From positions 672,001 through 736,000 of the forward strand of contig CBDAOB010000003.1 in the NCBI GenBank assembly GCA_965197905.1: a DNA stretch of 64,000 nt, read 5' to 3'. Below the pieces are notes generated by a model. It was not told the DNA's origin, made no database searches, and was given only the letters and a program-made list of their open reading frames with translations. Shown in pieces: positions 61,284-64,000 of the stretch. Origin of the DNA: Candidatus Latescibacterota bacterium. Its GTDB lineage: Bacteria; Latescibacterota; UBA2968; UBA8231. The first letter of the stretch is position 1. The number at the start of each line of letters is the position of its first letter. The position numbers were made by a program, and so were the translations under genes.

Positions 61284-62450
61284 TCAGTCCGGCCTGAAAG
61301 CCAGACTCGCATCCGCTGCCCGCACCTCCGCCTGAGCTATGCCCAGTTCCCGGCGAACCAGATTGGTTCCCTCCACGATTGCAACGCACTTGTAGAAGGC
61401 GATTCGCCGTGAAAGGCCCTCTCGTCCAAATCCGCAGTCGGAGGTGATGATGAGCCGCTCGGGCGGCAGGAATTCCAGTGCCGTGCGGATCAGCTTCGCC
61501 ACCTCTTCCGCCGGTTCTACCACGGTGTTGGTGTGACTGACCACCCCGATGGCCACCTTCTTGTCGGATGGAAGATCGGCGAACAACGCCAGATCCTTGC
61601 CACCGGTGCTGGCGCACTCAAAGGTCAGAACGTCGGCATTCAGCTTCGACAGATGACGCAGGGCGGGTTCGTAACTCGGGCGTTCCCAGAACAGCGCCTG
61701 CTGGTTCGGATTGCCCCAACAGGTGTGCACCCAGATCTCGGCATTTACGCCTTCCACCTCACGGTTGAAAGCGTCGGTTAGGAAATCGAGATCGTCGGTA
61801 GTGGTCTGTGGATTCAACGAGCGGAAATGGTGTTGTGGCTCCTCAACCTGGATCACCTGGCACCCCGCCGCTGCAACGGCGCGCAGCTCGGTGTTCACCG
61901 CTGTTGCCAGATCGTGGATCATCTCACGCTCGTCCTGGTAGGCCTCGTTCCACAACATACTGGGCAAGGTCTGGGCGCTGACGGAACCGAACTTGACCGG
62001 ACGCTCGGAGAAACGCTGGGCCGTTTGCCACACAGCGGCGTACTCCAGCGGCCCACCCGTCACCTTCTCCCGGGCAATGAGCGCCTGATACGCCTCCTGC
62101 ACCTCCCAGAGGATGTGCCCAGGACGCAGATCGAAACGTTGCGACCATCCGGGCGAGCTGTCCCGATGACCGCCTACGCCGTTCAAACGTTCCAGGGTAT
62201 AGGTGAACCAGGATCGACCGCCCACGTCCATGTCGAAGCGGGCGTCGCCGTCGGTGAGGATATCGAGGCCGGCGCGGGTTTGGTCGCTCAGAATGCAGGC
62301 CACTGCGTCGAGGTACTGCTCGCGGAAGAGGGCATCCGCCAGGGCGAGCTTGAACGGCCGCCCACGCAAGCTTTCACGAAACCAGTGCGGTCGCGGATAA
62401 GAACCGACGATGGTGGTTGGAAGGATTTTGTCGGCTGTGACCTTAAACAT
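61284..62450 (-). CDS. Cobalamin-independent methionine synthase II (MetE C-terminal-like) family protein
   Basis: TTIVGSYPRP, GLDILTDG, HTCWGN and SDCG zinc ligands. Confidence 0.88.
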   Translation of the reverse strand: MFKVTADKILPTTIVGSYPRPHWFRESLRGRPFKLALADALFREQYLDAVACILSDQTRAGLDILTDGDARFDMDVGGRSWFTYTLERLNGVGGHRDSSPGWSQRFDLRPGHILWEVQEAYQALIAREKVTGGPLEYAAVWQTAQRFSERPVKFGSVSAQTLPSMLWNEAYQDEREMIHDLATAVNTELRAVAAAGCQVIQVEEPQHHFRSLNPQTTTDDLDFLTDAFNREVEGVNAEIWVHTCWGNPNQQALFWERPSYEPALRHLSKLNADVLTFECASTGGKDLALFADLPSDKKVAIGVVSHTNTVVEPAEEVAKLIRTALEFLPPERLIITSDCGFGREGLSRRIAFYKCVAIVEGTNLVRRELGIAQAEVRAADASLAFRPD

Positions 62451-62492
62451 CGTGCCGCCTCCAGATCGAGAACCGTCGCGGCCCGAGCTGGA

Positions 62493-62969
62493 CTACAGAC
62501 CGAGAAGCATAAAGCCGACGACGGCGTGGAATACGTCGATGCCCGCCGCGTGGCGCAGCAGTTCGTGCAGTATCAGCGGGGCTGCAAGAATTACCGGGAC
62601 TTTGAGCAGCGGCGCAAGCCGAAAGCGAATCCTGACCGAATGATAGAGGGCCCACGCGAACAGGATGGACGACCCACCGATTATCAAGGCTGGAATTAAG
62701 AAGGCAACCCAGGATGTGCCGCTGCCGTCAGCGAGAAAACTGCCGTATCCGCCGTGCAGCAATGGCACTGCGTTCACCCAGAAGAGGCGGTGAATGGCAA
62801 TGACCCCGTAGACCAGAAACGTCGTGCCGAGCGCTGTTTCGGTCAGCACCACCGGGTCGATGGGTCGACGGGTGATGACACCGAACCAGACGGCAGATGT
62901 GGTATAAAGCGACGTCGCGAACAGGGAATAAAACAGAGCTCGTGGGTGATCTGGTGCAGTAAATAACAT
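62493..62969 (-). CDS. Hypothetical membrane protein (about four TM segments)
   Basis: Hydrophobic ORF. ATG at 62969 has RBS AGGAG and lies 7 bp after the regulator stop. Confidence 0.65.
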   Translation of the reverse strand: MLFTAPDHPRALFYSLFATSLYTTSAVWFGVITRRPIDPVVLTETALGTTFLVYGVIAIHRLFWVNAVPLLHGGYGSFLADGSGTSWVAFLIPALIIGGSSILFAWALYHSVRIRFRLAPLLKVPVILAAPLILHELLRHAAGIDVFHAVVGFMLLGL

Positions 62970-62976
62970 TGTGCTC

Positions 62977-63540
62977 CTACGCGACTCGTCCCATCGAATT
63001 GTTCTTGCCTTCCCCGACCGGGATCTCGCTGACCAACTGGATGAGCCCCTCGTCGCGGTGCTCCTGATCGGCGGTTCCGATCTCCTCTTCGCGGGCACCA
63101 TGTCGGCCGACGAAATCCTTCATCTCCTTCATCAGCCGCGCGTGCAGCGACGCCAGCAGGCCACCGTTCTCGACATCCCGAGAGATGTGTTCGTCGAAAA
63201 AGCGTTCCGCCGCCTGGCGCACGGAGGGTTCCGTATAGATCTCTTCTCGATTGTCCTGAACCGGAGCCAGCGTGAGCGAAACCAGCTCAGCGATAAAACG
63301 CTCGCGGAAAGAATCCGGATCACGACGAGCGGCTACGTTGCGGTACTCGATCAACTCGTCGACGCTGTCGCAATCCAAAGCTTCGTACAGCTTGTCGAGG
63401 GTTTTGAGGTCGATGCGTTCGATATCCCCGTTGACGAGACGGTTGATCTGCTGCCGCGGTACGCCGATGCTGCGGGCAAGCTCGGCTTGACTTGGCGCGC
63501 CCGGCCGTTCCAAAAGCTGCTTCAACCTGAACTTCATCAT
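62977..63540 (-). CDS. Cro/C1-type HTH transcriptional regulator with a C-terminal domain of unknown function
   Basis: RLKQLL...SQAELARSIGVPRQQINRLVNG...RIDLKTLDKL..ALDC..V.ELIEY. Confidence 0.85.
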   Translation of the reverse strand: MMKFRLKQLLERPGAPSQAELARSIGVPRQQINRLVNGDIERIDLKTLDKLYEALDCDSVDELIEYRNVAARRDPDSFRERFIAELVSLTLAPVQDNREEIYTEPSVRQAAERFFDEHISRDVENGGLLASLHARLMKEMKDFVGRHGAREEEIGTADQEHRDEGLIQLVSEIPVGEGKNNSMGRVA

Positions 63541-63567
63541 GATCCGACTCCCTTTGGGGATACTTAA

Positions 63568-63654
63568 AGTATAGACGAAATTGGGACGACCGTCAACAAA
63601 ATGATTGACTCAAGAAACAAAAGTATTGACATATATCAACAGTAACGCTACCTT
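63568..63654. promoter_or_regulatory. Divergent sigma70 promoters with spaced operator-like repeats
   Basis: Leftward TTGACG-17-TATACT (63596-63568), rightward TTGACA-17-TACCTT (63626-63654), palindrome GTCAA-N8-TTGAC at 63592-63609. Confidence 0.7.
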
Positions 63655-63728
63655 CGTCATCACTGCCGATGCCAGATGTGGTATCTGATTACATAAAGTA
63701 GTATTAACTTCAATATCAGGAGGATGTT

Positions 63729-64000
63729 ATGATTCGCACCGAAGTTCGCATGGGAATCCAGACAGCGTCGGAAGGCGAGCTTGAGATCGAGGAAGTAAGT
63801 CGCACGGTCGGCGAGCACATTGCGTCGCTGAGCAAGGAAACCGTAGGCCCCGCGGCGGACAGGTTGCGCGCCGCCATGCAGAACCCGCAGTCGACCATCG
63901 AGCTGCGTTCGGGCGATAAGGTCCAGGTGGTCACGCCCGATACCCCTCTCCGGGAACTGCTGCCCCCGGACGGAAGCAAGCTCGAGATCACGGTAAGCGA
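63729..64000 (+). CDS. Hypothetical protein, 3' end outside the window (possibly beta-grasp/ubiquitin-like)
   Basis: RBS AGGAGGA, then an open frame MIRTEVRMG...TVGEHIASL...DTPLRELLPPDGSKLEITVS to the window end. Confidence 0.65.
   Translation, partial: MIRTEVRMGIQTASEGELEIEEVSRTVGEHIASLSKETVGPAADRLRAAMQNPQSTIELRSGDKVQVVTPDTPLRELLPPDGSKLEITVS

Noticed and set aside
62977..64000. Prophage immunity region
   Set aside because: The promoter layout is switch-like, but no integrase or phage genes are visible and the regulator is followed by metabolic genes.

Overview
A GC-rich bacterial region; the many 'YPNPFN...LLLR' C-terminal sorting domains, EF-hand/dockerin-like motifs and PhyH expansions suggest a Latescibacterota-like lineage (inference only). 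From left to right: (1) a two-component cluster with a broken PAS/GAF hybrid kinase, a haem-c (CxxCH) sensor hybrid kinase, a REC-GAF regulator and a FapA/DUF342 protein; (2) a sulfatase, two PhyH dioxygenases, a DUF547 protein, a frameshifted radical SAM gene, a dockerin-like/FGE-like gene, a kelch protein and a hydrolase; (3) two tandem ~14 kb paralogous giant secreted-protein genes on the minus strand (18135-32107 and 36261-49826) that share their upstream region, signal region and C-terminal half but have different N-terminal propeller regions, both interrupted by frameshifts or a stop; (4) between them, a 3.8 kb island made almost entirely of toxin-antitoxin modules and their relics; (5) an ISKra4-like IS that truncates a TIM-barrel gene, a third PhyH, a MITE, an LPG-synthase-TM protein, tandem beta-propeller hydrolase-like genes, a CMD protein, an Asp-box protein, a secreted haem-c/copper type II monooxygenase-like protein, a MetE-like protein, and an HTH regulator with a divergent promoter switch facing a gene cut off by the window edge. 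No rRNA, tRNA or CRISPR array was seen. All assignments come from reading motifs by eye; no database searches were run.
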